The position numbers and the translations under genes were made by a program. This document shows positions 1-10,711 of a DNA stretch of 64,000 bases, piece after piece; position 1 is the first letter of the stretch, and the number at the start of each line of letters is the position of its first letter. The DNA comes from an uncultured virus (IMG/VR IMGVR_UViG_3300010345_000473) (taxonomy: Duplodnaviria > Heunggongvirae > Uroviricota > Caudoviricetes), in IMG/VR virus record IMGVR_UViG_3300010345_000473, one strand, 5' to 3'. The notes under the pieces were generated by a model. It was given only the letters and a program-made list of their open reading frames with translations, did not search any database and was not told where the DNA came from.

Positions 1-263
1 TCCACCAGGGTACTCAGCTTGTGTCCTTGGTTAGGTGGAATCCGGCTTCCTGGATGGAGTCCGCCCTAGTGGAGTATAGCGTGTGTTTAGCGGATGTGGG
101 GATTGTGGTTCCATTCTCAGTAACGTACCTATATATGGGGAGAAATCGTCCAGGGTACCGCTAAAATCCACCAGGGTACACTGGGCATCGATGGCGTGGA
201 GGGTTATCAATATCTGTGGATAGGATCCGCTCTGGTGGAGTATAGCGTGTGTTTAGCGGATGT
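1..263. repeat. Imperfect 166-bp-period direct repeat with conserved blocks (non-coding; may extend left of the window)
   Basis: TCCACCAGGGTAC at 1 and 167; GTGGAGTATAGCGTGTGTTTAGCGGATGT at 69-97 and 235-263. Both offsets are 166 nt and the intervening sequence differs. Confidence 0.85.
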
Positions 264-392
264 ATCCACAGGTGAAACATTCGAATCTCTAGAGGATGTT
301 TCTGCACTCATTGTTTTGGATTTTCTGGTGGAGATGGGCGGCCTGTTATTGAGAGGTGGAGCGTGGCGGAGCTTAGGGAGTCACTTGTGTGT

Positions 393-3300
393 TTATGCCG
401 CAGAGAAGCCCGCTTGCTCAGTATGCTTCCGGAGAAGTACAGCCTTTGTATAGATGGTGATGGCGTGCTGGTAGAGGCCGATACATTTCTCCATGAGCGC
501 GTGTCGAGAATAGAATGCGGCAAGTTCTTCGATCCGACGCATCTTGTATTGGATGATGTTAAAGAACTTGTACGTCTGTTCGAGTTCGTTTTGATGTGTC
601 TCGGAGAGTTCGTTCGTCGTCATATGATGGATATGATGCCGATAGACTCGACTCGAGATCACTGTGTTGATCTGTGCACAGAGATTGTGGACGTTCTTCT
701 CGAGATGGGACACACTCGTGCTTTCAGCTACGGCTTTTAGTGCATCGAGCATCTTGGGAAGCATGTTCTGTGCGTACTGTGTATCCAGATCGGTGATCAC
801 ATTGAGAGCGGCCTGCCGGTGGTCCATGGTGTAGAGAAGTTCGCGCGCTCGTTCGTTTTCGTTTCTGTGATGCTCGAGGCATCGGTGTGCCTTATTGGTT
901 CGCATCGTTACGAAGCCCCGCATATAGACCTCCTGCATGGCTACCATCTGGTTCGTTTTGCGGGCGGAGAGGTTGAACTTATTCCAGCCATGTGTGGTGT
1001 AGAGTTCCTCGAGGTTTTCGTTGTGTCGATTCTGAAGTTCCTCCCGAGTCACACCCCACAGAAGCTGATCCTTATGAATGGGGAACACACCTGTGGTTCT
1101 CACCATAGTTTCCCGGATGATAGTAAAGGCGGCAAACAATCCAAACTGGCTCGGTATATTGTGGAGGTACTTGTGTGTCTTCCAGATGATTCGATCCATG
1201 CAACTGATGAGATCGTGTGCGAACTTCTCATCAGTTGAACCAAAAGGAGGGTGCTCCTCCGAGGACGAATCCTCGGAGGAGGCCTGCTTCACCACGGGTT
1301 GCGGTGTTTCGGGTCGCAACAACGAGGTGCGGTAGTGGGTCTGTTTCGGACGATTTTTCATACGGAGTGCCTGCTGTGCCATGCCCCGCGCATAATGGTT
1401 GCCGTTGGGAAGTGTGGACAATCGACATTCATCAGGAATGAAGCTAAACACATCGGTGTCAAGTCGATGATCCATATACCGAGCGGGTTGGATATTGTTC
1501 GCATAATCCCGAGCAATCTGATGTGCATCGTTTATGATGGTGAGTGCGTTGGTGGGCAGATATCCCTTGGCCAGCAAGATCTCCACGTAGGAGTTTTCGC
1601 CGATGTACATACGTCGTGTATTCTCTTTAAGAGCAAGTTCGCCCGCGGGTGTGATATGAACTCGGCACTCCTTATTCGGTATGTTGTTGTATGCCCCCCG
1701 CCGAATGACGTGTTCACGCGTAATGAGACCTTCCTGTTCAAGTTTTTCGAGTCGACCCATGTTATTCTTGTTGGTACCGAACCCCCGCAGGAGATAGAAC
1801 CGCCATGCATTTTTTAGTCCCTCGGAGACTCGACAATGTGGAGAATAATAGCGTGCTTCGGCTTGCTGCTCCGAAACAATGTACCGAGAGAGTATATTAA
1901 TGCGATCCATGAATTCTTTAATGTCCGCGGGATCAGCCTCGGTATCGAACTCTGGTCTTGTGATGAGCAGATGTTTCTGTGCGGCCTCGAGGATGGTGTG
2001 GTCCACCATACTCGCGCGGAGATCCTTGGTATACACTGTGGATCGTTTCCCGAGATTGGGCATGGTACGCGCCACTTCTTCGGGTGTCAGTTTCGTCTGG
2101 AAGGGAAGTGCGCTGATGGGGGCGATAAGTTTCATCAGTTCTTCTTCTTCCGTCGAAGAGATACCAAAGGCGGTGAACTTCCGAGTTTCGGGATTGATGC
2201 ACGCCTTCATGTTCTTCCGGAAGGCCTGATATGCCATTTCTTTGGATGAAGCGTTCTGCCCATGTTCCGCACGCCATTTGTAGACGCGTTCCACGGTGTC
2301 CAGTCGGTCGGTGGCTTCCTCGTCTCCCATCAGGAGGGTAATTTTGGTGATGATATTCTGTGCCCCCATAAGAGGAACACGGGCACTGTACATCTGATGA
2401 GAAAGCGTGAACGTCATATTGTGCCGATTTCCCTTGGTCCATTTGGGACGCGCAATGCGGATGAATTCCGAACCATCACCCTGATAGGCCCGTCGAACTT
2501 CCGTGGTGAGTTCTTCGGTATCCACGTCGGGAAGATACTTACCCCAGAGCTGTTTTGCCTCTATACAACTTAGATCATCAGCGGTTCTCCTCGTAAACAT
2601 ACGCTGATTCATGTTCTTATCCGCGGCGATGTGTTCCTGGACGGTGGTCCGAATATGATCAAGGTACTGCTCAGTGCGTAGACAGCTCATGTTCACCGTG
2701 GCATAATCCGCGCGGAGTTCCTCGATGCGGGCCCGAGTTTCCTCGGTGCTGTTTTCGATATCGGCGATGAGTACCGCATCGAGTTCCTCGGTGATCTTGT
2801 TCATCAATGCGTAAAACATATTGCGTTGTGCAGCACATACACGGTACCTACATTCCACGGATTTTCGAACAGCATGTGCACTGTATCCCAAACGGCCGCC
2901 CGTATAAAGTGCCATAACCTCCGCGGGGAAAACATAGAACCGCTGCGAAATCTGACGACGAAGCTCCCCACGGTCCATCACATACCCCGAATCCACGCGG
3001 TTGGTGAGCATATGGGACCGCACCATGTCGGTGAGCCATTTCCGAGTAAACCGACTGTTCTTCGAGGTACGATCATCCGCGCCTTGTGATGGGTTGATGA
3101 AAATGATGTCTGCCATGATTTCCTTAAGTGTTACAGTTTTCGTGGCAGGTTTGATGCAGATGTAGTTATTATCGCCGTCCACGAACTCCTGGACGCCCAC
3201 ATAGTCATAACTATGGGTGTTGATGGGATGGTTAATACCACCACAGTTTGTGTCGCCACCCAGGCTGATGTTAAGCATACGCTGGACATGCGTACAATAT

Positions 3301-4301
3301 TCCATGATGGTGTTGGATGCATCATCGACCTGATACTTCGTAAGATTATATCGAAGAGCTTTGCACACAATGAGTACTTTTTTGACAAGTTCTTTGTGTT
3401 CATCGGGCACGGTATCCAGGTCGGTGATGATATTGAGGATCGCATTAAACGTCGCAAGGTATACCTGGTTTATCATGGGGAGAAGTTTGCCGCGCCGCAA
3501 CTTCATTTCGGAGAGTGGTTCATCACTGCATCCCACGAGGGGCATCATCATCTGGTTGTAGAGTCCCGCCGCCGAAGCAAAGATTGTGGACACCGCGGCG
3601 TTGCTGGGATCCAGGACCGTTTCCACAATGTGCCGAAGATATCGGAACATGGAAGAATCGGTGCCCACCACTTTGATGGTGGGAATCTGAATAAAGAGAT
3701 GCCATTTCGTGGGTTCACCCTTGGGATCATAGCACTTCTTTCCAGTTTCGGGATCCACCGCATTCGCCTTGGCCACAATAGCCGTGGCATCATAAATGCG
3801 GTCTCCCACAGTCTTCAGTCGGTTTTCGAGTGTACATAATCCGATCAGTTCATCGATGTCCACCACAAACTGTCGGATCTCACAAACATCAGTACTATAG
3901 GTCACATTCGGAGAACCTTCGATGAGCGTATCATATCCGTAGATGGGGTTTGCCGTGGTTACTCGGCAGAAGTTTGGATCCACCGAGGCAGCGAGCGAAA
4001 TATCTGCATCAGTGAGATTGGTGTCCGAACATAGAGTAGTACCGCGCTTAATCATTCGGGAAGTTTGGTCCGCAGCATGTTTCTCTTTTGATTTCATGAG
4101 GAGATCGACGTGACAGGGAAAAGCTCCTTCGAAGGAGATCTGATATTGCGGATCGTCGGCGAGGATCTTTCTTACGGGAGGGATTTTGATTTCGGTGGTG
4201 CCATCACTTTTTCTAAGCTTCATATGTGTGAGCCTGGCCATTTTTCCATCCTCGTTTAATTTTATTGTTTTGAGGGGCAACACGCGCCCCGGTCTGGACA
4301 T
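393..4301 (-). CDS. Large hypothetical protein (1302 aa) with a possible MarR-like winged-helix segment
   Basis: Long ORF with GAGGAG RBS upstream; internal LEKLEQEGLITREH...RVHITPAGELAL resembles a wHTH recognition helix plus wing. Confidence 0.7.
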   Translation of the reverse strand: MSRPGRVLPLKTIKLNEDGKMARLTHMKLRKSDGTTEIKIPPVRKILADDPQYQISFEGAFPCHVDLLMKSKEKHAADQTSRMIKRGTTLCSDTNLTDADISLAASVDPNFCRVTTANPIYGYDTLIEGSPNVTYSTDVCEIRQFVVDIDELIGLCTLENRLKTVGDRIYDATAIVAKANAVDPETGKKCYDPKGEPTKWHLFIQIPTIKVVGTDSSMFRYLRHIVETVLDPSNAAVSTIFASAAGLYNQMMMPLVGCSDEPLSEMKLRRGKLLPMINQVYLATFNAILNIITDLDTVPDEHKELVKKVLIVCKALRYNLTKYQVDDASNTIMEYCTHVQRMLNISLGGDTNCGGINHPINTHSYDYVGVQEFVDGDNNYICIKPATKTVTLKEIMADIIFINPSQGADDRTSKNSRFTRKWLTDMVRSHMLTNRVDSGYVMDRGELRRQISQRFYVFPAEVMALYTGGRLGYSAHAVRKSVECRYRVCAAQRNMFYALMNKITEELDAVLIADIENSTEETRARIEELRADYATVNMSCLRTEQYLDHIRTTVQEHIAADKNMNQRMFTRRTADDLSCIEAKQLWGKYLPDVDTEELTTEVRRAYQGDGSEFIRIARPKWTKGNRHNMTFTLSHQMYSARVPLMGAQNIITKITLLMGDEEATDRLDTVERVYKWRAEHGQNASSKEMAYQAFRKNMKACINPETRKFTAFGISSTEEEELMKLIAPISALPFQTKLTPEEVARTMPNLGKRSTVYTKDLRASMVDHTILEAAQKHLLITRPEFDTEADPADIKEFMDRINILSRYIVSEQQAEARYYSPHCRVSEGLKNAWRFYLLRGFGTNKNNMGRLEKLEQEGLITREHVIRRGAYNNIPNKECRVHITPAGELALKENTRRMYIGENSYVEILLAKGYLPTNALTIINDAHQIARDYANNIQPARYMDHRLDTDVFSFIPDECRLSTLPNGNHYARGMAQQALRMKNRPKQTHYRTSLLRPETPQPVVKQASSEDSSSEEHPPFGSTDEKFAHDLISCMDRIIWKTHKYLHNIPSQFGLFAAFTIIRETMVRTTGVFPIHKDQLLWGVTREELQNRHNENLEELYTTHGWNKFNLSARKTNQMVAMQEVYMRGFVTMRTNKAHRCLEHHRNENERARELLYTMDHRQAALNVITDLDTQYAQNMLPKMLDALKAVAESTSVSHLEKNVHNLCAQINTVISSRVYRHHIHHMTTNELSETHQNELEQTYKFFNIIQYKMRRIEELAAFYSRHALMEKCIGLYQHAITIYTKAVLLRKHTEQAGFSAA

Positions 4302-4343
4302 CTCCTCATAATATGTTCACCCGTGGTTCCAGAAAGGAGTTGA

Positions 4344-7300
4344 ATGTCCATGGACACTGTTCAGCGGAGTGTGGCAAATATAGATGGTATTGGTGAGGGA
4401 GTTTCCTGTGTGGGAGCGGGTTCTCCAGACATGATGGCTCAAGCGGTGGGGAAACAACACGGCGATTTGTTTCGGTTTTCGCCCATGGAGCACACCACCA
4501 ATTCAAATCTTCCACCCGGCGAGTGGTGCGATGTTATTGCGGAGTTTCGTGACTTCGCAAAGAAGGTCACTCGGCCGAGTGGGATGATGAAGCTCAAGGA
4601 GATCTTCAAACAGTTCTGCAAGTTCGCTCCCGGTACCCAGACCGCACATACCATCTGTCCCGAGCCCAACTTTATGTCGTTGAGTGGGGATGAGTGGCTG
4701 CGGCTCTACACCAGGCATAACGCCATGGCACTTCGGAGTCTGCTTCTTTCGAAACCACCCGTGGAGTTTCTTGAGGTACTTAAGGAATACGATCTTCTTG
4801 GCCCCAACTTTCAGGATGCACAATATCCCTACACAAATCTCACACATGTGCTTCCCTTACCACCGCTCCTTCAACCGCGTGTGGTTTATGAGACGGAGAC
4901 CCAAACACCACACATCAACGATGCGGTGTATTTCCGAGAAGCACAGATTCTGGAAAAGGAATATGATGCGGAGTCCCCCGCACTCGAAGGCAATATGATG
5001 TCGAGTTCGTACTTCGGATCTATCTTCCAATGTCAGATGATGGAGGGCACTCTCGAAGTTTCGCCCTTCATTTCACAATCCGAGCATTTCGCTGCATATA
5101 GCCCCTTGGTGTATGATACGAAATCATTGTTCGCATTGGATGATGTACAATCCATCGGACTCACCGATCTTTTGGTGGAGACCTTTCTACAATGTGTGGC
5201 ACTGAAGTTCAAGGATGTGTATGACGAAGAGGCACTTCAGAAGTTGCGGACGTATATCATATCAGCATCTTCGCCCTATGCAATTCCTGTTACATCGATG
5301 CAACACACTTCGGATGTATTTAGAACAGTATTCTATAAAGTTCCGAAGTTGATTATAGGTGCATTGAGTCCACAGTACACATTCAATCTCAATAGTCCAT
5401 TCCTATCAATATTCATGAGCGCGTTGACACTCTATAGCATTAAGAATGCAGTCCGAGACATATCGACACAGATTGAAAATATTAGAGCACTCATTGGCGC
5501 ATTAACGACGTTTGCACTTACATGCGAAGCACAACCTGAACAAGCATGTGCCACACTTCGTGTCCAACTTCAGAAGATTCAATCTCTTGTAGATGCAGAT
5601 CTGGAAGTCATCCTCAAAACGTTTGCACCCATTTATGCCGATACACATTTCATGGTAAACAATGGTCGATCAGTACAATCGCTCTATGGTGTAAACACCG
5701 AAACCGTTTGGTACGCATTTGTGGAACTCTGCCGACGCATCGATCACATTCGGTGGTTTGATGCCGCATCGATTCCTCTGAATATCCCCATGGATCAGAT
5801 GCCCATTCTCCGAGCCTTCGCATCAAGTTTATTGGAGGCCGCATATTTGCATCTCAATGCCATGGCGGCATGCGATGGTGATCTTCCGACCTTCTGTGCG
5901 GATCTGGTGGGTGGAGATTACACACAGTTTTATGATCACAAGAAATCCATCGAACGGCAGCTGGACTTCGAACGCTTGCGGAGCACACATTCTTTGCTGC
6001 CCGCTGTGAATATTGCCGTAAGCATTGCATTCTCCATCGTGAGCCATCAGATGAACGCACAAAGTACAGCACTCTCTATGAACTCACATATCAGAAGGCC
6101 CGCTGATATGTTACGCATCTTCTCGATCTATGGGTCCATGCTCTATACTGAGTCCGCCACATCGATCACATCAAGCTTTGGGACCACCGCGCTCATCATC
6201 GACCGAAACAAGTTCAATCGTATTCGGTTCAGTATATATCTGATGCATTTCAAGATGTGGATTCTTGATGGACTCTATTGGTGGGCAAACTATCGACACA
6301 TCACCTCGGAGTACGAACTGACACAGGGTGTGCTTGCGCGATATGATGATCTCCGCGATCGGTTCTTCCCACAAAGTCCACTTGATGTGCCCGGACACCT
6401 CACCCAGTTTGTTACATACCCCATCTCGGGGCCCATGTATCTCATGACAGTGGCAGCATGCATTCAACTCTACGTGGCAAAGTCTCCCACGCTTCTCCGA
6501 ACCTTTGCCATGAGTCTGGTGGCAGTGTCGCTTCGGGATTACTTCCCATTCTGCTGCATTTCCCAGCCCACAGACACGATGATCTATAACACCAAGTTCC
6601 GGGATGCAACTCTGGACAAGTATGTGATCTTCAGCCCCGAGTTCGAACGGGTCCTCGCTTCGTTGCCCGTGGCTTTGACGGAACAGGCGATCAGCCGACT
6701 CCTTGTGGATGTCTATAATGAGGTGTTGTGTCCCTACATCACATCACAGGAGTACGTACAGAAATATGTGACGAGTGAGTTCGGTCCTGGATTCACCGCC
6801 GAACCCATCGATTCCATATATCTCGCTCCACTTCCGAAATCACAATCGTTCCTCGTTCCCGCCATGCGATGGTTCATGGAGGTCACGTCTGATCACACGA
6901 AACTCGAACTGTTGGTGAAACTGGTGTACTACGCTCAGTTCATCGGAGCGAAGCTCAGGCGACGGGAATCGCTCAACAATGCACTGACAAAGATTCATAG
7001 GATGAATATCCATCAGGATGCAACCACCGCAACATATGGCCATCTGATGGACACTTCTCAGCCCACGATCTTCAGTATCTTCTATCAGACACACCCAAGT
7101 CTCGCACGCCCGCGGAACGAGATGCGGATTCATTCTCAAGTGGAGTGGACACTGAGCCGACGATGCAAAACCAGTCTGGAAGATATGGTGTCCGCATCAA
7201 CATGCTTCCCAGTATCCGCACTCTTTGATGATGCAGCAGTTCTCATGTTCTATAACAACAACGTGGTCTCCGATACACATAATGTGTTCCGGTGGGTGGA

Positions 7301-8060
7301 TGATCCACATGTTGTCATGCTCTACCGAGATGTGATAACCATTAATATGTACCACACGTTCTACACACTGCTTGCTTCACAACAGAATCCGCAGGATCAG
7401 ATACAACTCGCCACACAGTACTTATCTGGGATCAAACAAACGCTTCCCATCAACAGTGTCTGTATGGGTCCTGAATGGCGTTCCGCAGTCGCCGAGGCCA
7501 TGAATGTGTATCCCGACATCGCCGCATATTGGTGTCGGTATCTGTCCATGGCATTTGATACAGATCTCATGATTACCGCTGCGGTGAAGGCACTTCGGTA
7601 TGACTGGGATTATGCACAATATGTGGCATATGTGTTTGATGCGGATGCCACATACAAGCCCGTCATATCTGTTCGGAAGAAGTTGGTGGAGCTCTCGGAG
7701 CGATACAATCTCACCACATATGCACCCATCAGTATCGCGTCTCCCGTGGAGCATAAAATGAAGCCCATCGCACATCTTGCCACACCGAAGGAGGTGGTCG
7801 ATCAAACTACACAACAACAACACACCACACAGAGGAACGATGAGGGACCAAATCCATTCAGTTCATTTGATAAGCTTCCACAATGGGCACGACAGAGCAT
7901 CAGTCGAGTGAATCAGCGATACGCACCAGAGACCGAACTTGGGAATGAATTGAAGTACGAACTCATGCAGGAAATGGCATTTCTATCCACACATGGATGT
8001 CGATTCTGGAACGAGTTGTATATCGACAATGGATTGTTGTCGTCAAAATCTCTCATCTGA
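4344..8060 (+). CDS. Large hypothetical, apparently alpha-helical protein (1238 aa)
   Basis: Long ORF, AAGGAG RBS; no recognisable catalytic motif. Confidence 0.75.
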   Translation: MSMDTVQRSVANIDGIGEGVSCVGAGSPDMMAQAVGKQHGDLFRFSPMEHTTNSNLPPGEWCDVIAEFRDFAKKVTRPSGMMKLKEIFKQFCKFAPGTQTAHTICPEPNFMSLSGDEWLRLYTRHNAMALRSLLLSKPPVEFLEVLKEYDLLGPNFQDAQYPYTNLTHVLPLPPLLQPRVVYETETQTPHINDAVYFREAQILEKEYDAESPALEGNMMSSSYFGSIFQCQMMEGTLEVSPFISQSEHFAAYSPLVYDTKSLFALDDVQSIGLTDLLVETFLQCVALKFKDVYDEEALQKLRTYIISASSPYAIPVTSMQHTSDVFRTVFYKVPKLIIGALSPQYTFNLNSPFLSIFMSALTLYSIKNAVRDISTQIENIRALIGALTTFALTCEAQPEQACATLRVQLQKIQSLVDADLEVILKTFAPIYADTHFMVNNGRSVQSLYGVNTETVWYAFVELCRRIDHIRWFDAASIPLNIPMDQMPILRAFASSLLEAAYLHLNAMAACDGDLPTFCADLVGGDYTQFYDHKKSIERQLDFERLRSTHSLLPAVNIAVSIAFSIVSHQMNAQSTALSMNSHIRRPADMLRIFSIYGSMLYTESATSITSSFGTTALIIDRNKFNRIRFSIYLMHFKMWILDGLYWWANYRHITSEYELTQGVLARYDDLRDRFFPQSPLDVPGHLTQFVTYPISGPMYLMTVAACIQLYVAKSPTLLRTFAMSLVAVSLRDYFPFCCISQPTDTMIYNTKFRDATLDKYVIFSPEFERVLASLPVALTEQAISRLLVDVYNEVLCPYITSQEYVQKYVTSEFGPGFTAEPIDSIYLAPLPKSQSFLVPAMRWFMEVTSDHTKLELLVKLVYYAQFIGAKLRRRESLNNALTKIHRMNIHQDATTATYGHLMDTSQPTIFSIFYQTHPSLARPRNEMRIHSQVEWTLSRRCKTSLEDMVSASTCFPVSALFDDAAVLMFYNNNVVSDTHNVFRWVDDPHVVMLYRDVITINMYHTFYTLLASQQNPQDQIQLATQYLSGIKQTLPINSVCMGPEWRSAVAEAMNVYPDIAAYWCRYLSMAFDTDLMITAAVKALRYDWDYAQYVAYVFDADATYKPVISVRKKLVELSERYNLTTYAPISIASPVEHKMKPIAHLATPKEVVDQTTQQQHTTQRNDEGPNPFSSFDKLPQWARQSISRVNQRYAPETELGNELKYELMQEMAFLSTHGCRFWNELYIDNGLLSSKSLI

Positions 8061-8113
8061 AAAAAGATGAACACGCCACAGAACAATAAGAGAAGCTATG
8101 TTCGTGGAGGTGT

Positions 8114-9292
8114 TTGTCAATGGATGAGGGGCTGATGCCGCGGGTGGTTGTGCCGCCGTATAGCCAACCGCTCACCGTGAGATGTGAGCATCCATCACTC
8201 GCGTTGAGTTCGTTTGTTAAATGTTTCAAGGATTTCATCCACTATGAGGTGTACTCGGGATTTCGTTCCATCATCTTTGCAGGGCATAACAAGATTCTGC
8301 AATACTTTTTTCAGAAACAGACTTCGGGAAACACGCTTCCGGACTACAACTATCCCATAATGACCATCGACTTGGTGCCCGAAGGTCCGGACGATCGAGT
8401 GGATGGATTCTGGCGCAACAGCAGCATGGCCGCGGGGATGCTTCGTGGAGTGACAGATCCCTTCTATAAGGATGACGATCTGTCACTCTATTTTATGACG
8501 CGTCGATACAAATGCAGCATCAACCTCACAGCATGGGCATCCTCGTATCCCATGGCATTTGATATCCAAAATGCATTCCATGATGGGTTCTGGGGACTCA
8601 ATCGGTTTCGGCAGATCTATATGGGGTTCTACATCACGGTGCCTGACAAGTTTGTGCTCACCACACATGAAGGGCAAGCCATCACACGACAACTCGATGA
8701 ACAGAAACTGACACGCGGATTTATTCCCATGCTCAACCAGCATAAGTACTATATCGAGGTCGGTGCATCTCCGAGGATACGTCTCACTGGTATGTTAATG
8801 AATAATACATTGTATGGTGGAACTGGACTTCCCGAGTTCGGATTGACAGGCACTGTGGAAGCGGAAATCGAAGTACCACAATATCTGTTGTGTTGGACGC
8901 GAATGTTCAAGTACATCGAGTTGGGCCACATATCAGCAAATTATCAGTATCAGCAAATCTATAAAGTCCTGCCCAACTATCGCGGTGGGTCGCTTTATGA
9001 CATCATCGCGGAGCGTTTCAAATCTCGGACCGATGTTGTGACCGTGGGTCGGCAGGGATACCAGGTTGATGTGGATCGGTTGACTACGTTGGATCTTCGC
9101 AGTGTGTTCACACCGTTACCAGAGTTCACTGATATTACTGTGGTGTGTCCATGTGGCATCATGACTTCGGCGGACGAGACTCCAGGCTTCACAGTTGAAA
9201 ACAATACACTCATGTTCAATGATTCGGTGGTCATCGAGCGTGGTGATATTGTGGAGGTTTTGTTGCTGAAGGGCCGATCCACAAATCTCTGA
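8114..9292 (+). CDS. Probable virion structural protein (weak resemblance to T4 gp15-type tail terminator)
   Basis: 392-aa ORF with GGAGG RBS; YPIMTIDL and YKCSINLTAWASSYPMAFDIQ loosely recall tail-terminator proteins. Confidence 0.4.
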   Translation: MSMDEGLMPRVVVPPYSQPLTVRCEHPSLALSSFVKCFKDFIHYEVYSGFRSIIFAGHNKILQYFFQKQTSGNTLPDYNYPIMTIDLVPEGPDDRVDGFWRNSSMAAGMLRGVTDPFYKDDDLSLYFMTRRYKCSINLTAWASSYPMAFDIQNAFHDGFWGLNRFRQIYMGFYITVPDKFVLTTHEGQAITRQLDEQKLTRGFIPMLNQHKYYIEVGASPRIRLTGMLMNNTLYGGTGLPEFGLTGTVEAEIEVPQYLLCWTRMFKYIELGHISANYQYQQIYKVLPNYRGGSLYDIIAERFKSRTDVVTVGRQGYQVDVDRLTTLDLRSVFTPLPEFTDITVVCPCGIMTSADETPGFTVENNTLMFNDSVVIERGDIVEVLLLKGRSTNL

Positions 9293-9313
9293 CGATGGAG
9301 TTGTTATAGCACG

Positions 9314-9706
9314 GTGTCTGTTCTCAAATGGTGTGGCAGTATGTGTAGTCGATTTCATAAGAAGTGTGTGGTTAAGCCGATAACCGCACTGAAAAGCTTT
9401 ACAGAGAATCATTCTGGTGTTCGACGACTCATTTTGTTGTTTTTGAGTGTGATGTTCTATCATGTGATCTGGGCCACCATCAGTATGTATCGTGTCACTC
9501 GAACCGTTGATTCGAATTGGAAGGATATCGTTTTGGGCATCATGGCGCTGTATGGGACGTTTATCGGTATGTATACATATACGCGTACATCAAATGCGAA
9601 ATCCACAGCACAATCGTCTCCATCGTCCCCACCGATGTTGCCCCCACAGGAACCACCCACACAAACCCGGGACACACATCAGATTGATGGCAAAGAGTGT
9701 GTGTGA
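9314..9706 (+). CDS. Small membrane protein with two predicted TM helices (holin-like)
   Basis: Hydrophobic segments LILLFLSVMFYHVIWATI and IVLGIMALYGTFIGMYTY, followed by a polar Pro-rich tail. Confidence 0.5.
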   Translation: MSVLKWCGSMCSRFHKKCVVKPITALKSFTENHSGVRRLILLFLSVMFYHVIWATISMYRVTRTVDSNWKDIVLGIMALYGTFIGMYTYTRTSNAKSTAQSSPSSPPMLPPQEPPTQTRDTHQIDGKECV

Positions 9707-9727
9707 AAAAGGAGTGATGATTGAAAT

Positions 9728-10627
9728 ATGAATGATTACGAACGAAAAGAACTACTGATGCAGATTGTGTCTGCCATCGGCACACTCGACTCCTCGGTCC
9801 CGGGTCTTGCGCTGTTGCAGAATTTGTTTAAGCGCATGTACAACAGCGGGAATTTGAAACTTCTCATTGAGGGCATCGACGATGAAGTCACCACTTCCGA
9901 AGGAGCAAATATCGCGGGGATGTATGACAAGTTCGATAACACCATGACGCTTGTCATTCGGAAAGCGAATCTTGGGAAAAAATTCTTTGGATTGGTGACG
10001 GACTATGGTACGGTAAACACAACAACAATTCATGAACTGATTCTGACAACAATGCATGAACTTCAGCACTATGCCGCATTCAACTACACGTTGCAGTTCC
10101 GAAAAATCTGGGGAAACATTCAGCGTCGGTTTTTGCTGCAAACCCTGTATAATATAATTGTGATGGGAGCAACGACTTTTTTGCCACCCAAGGCAACCTA
10201 CCAATCCGCCCAGAATCTCATTAAAGATCAGAAGTTTGCCAAAGCGTTTGCATACTATTACGCTTCTACACAGATCACAGACACCGCACGAATCATTAAC
10301 TTTTTAAGAACATACAACCAAATCACCGACTACTTGTATCGGAAAACGGATTTTGCGTGGGCGCGATTTTTTGACAATGTGCTGGTGGCGGGTGTTGATC
10401 TTTCGACGCTTGATATTTCAACAACGCGCGCGCGAAAGCTTGCAAACGCCTTGCGACTTGCATATTGTGATCTGTGGCCTGATTTGGTGCAATCCACTCA
10501 TTTCCGGCGCACATATTTTTATCAGGAGATCTTTGCTCCCTCAGAAATCGTTTGTGTTTTGGCGGGATCTGGAGTCTATCCTCCAGATGTGGCGAAATGT
10601 CTTCAACAAACATTCGAATTGTTCTAG
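9728..10627 (+). CDS. Putative zinc metallopeptidase-like protein (HExxH)
   Basis: AGMYD...LILTTMHELQHY zincin-type motif. Confidence 0.5.
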   Translation: MNDYERKELLMQIVSAIGTLDSSVPGLALLQNLFKRMYNSGNLKLLIEGIDDEVTTSEGANIAGMYDKFDNTMTLVIRKANLGKKFFGLVTDYGTVNTTTIHELILTTMHELQHYAAFNYTLQFRKIWGNIQRRFLLQTLYNIIVMGATTFLPPKATYQSAQNLIKDQKFAKAFAYYYASTQITDTARIINFLRTYNQITDYLYRKTDFAWARFFDNVLVAGVDLSTLDISTTRARKLANALRLAYCDLWPDLVQSTHFRRTYFYQEIFAPSEIVCVLAGSGVYPPDVAKCLQQTFELF

Positions 10628-10711
10628 AGACCCCTAAAAGAATGATACGAACTTGGGTCTCATAACATGATCCAAGCCCTCATATATTAATGTGAGGGGT
10701 CGTGGGCAATC

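Noticed and set aside
1..330. CRISPR array
   Set aside because: Only two units are visible, the period is 166 nt with two separate conserved blocks, and there are no cas genes.
4344..8060. Chimallin (phage nucleus shell) or tubulin PhuZ
   Set aside because: No recognisable similarity or tubulin signature, and the size does not match.
10681..10696. phiKZ-like early promoter (CATATATTAATGTG; similar at 23044)
   Set aside because: Too few and too variable copies to define a motif without computation.
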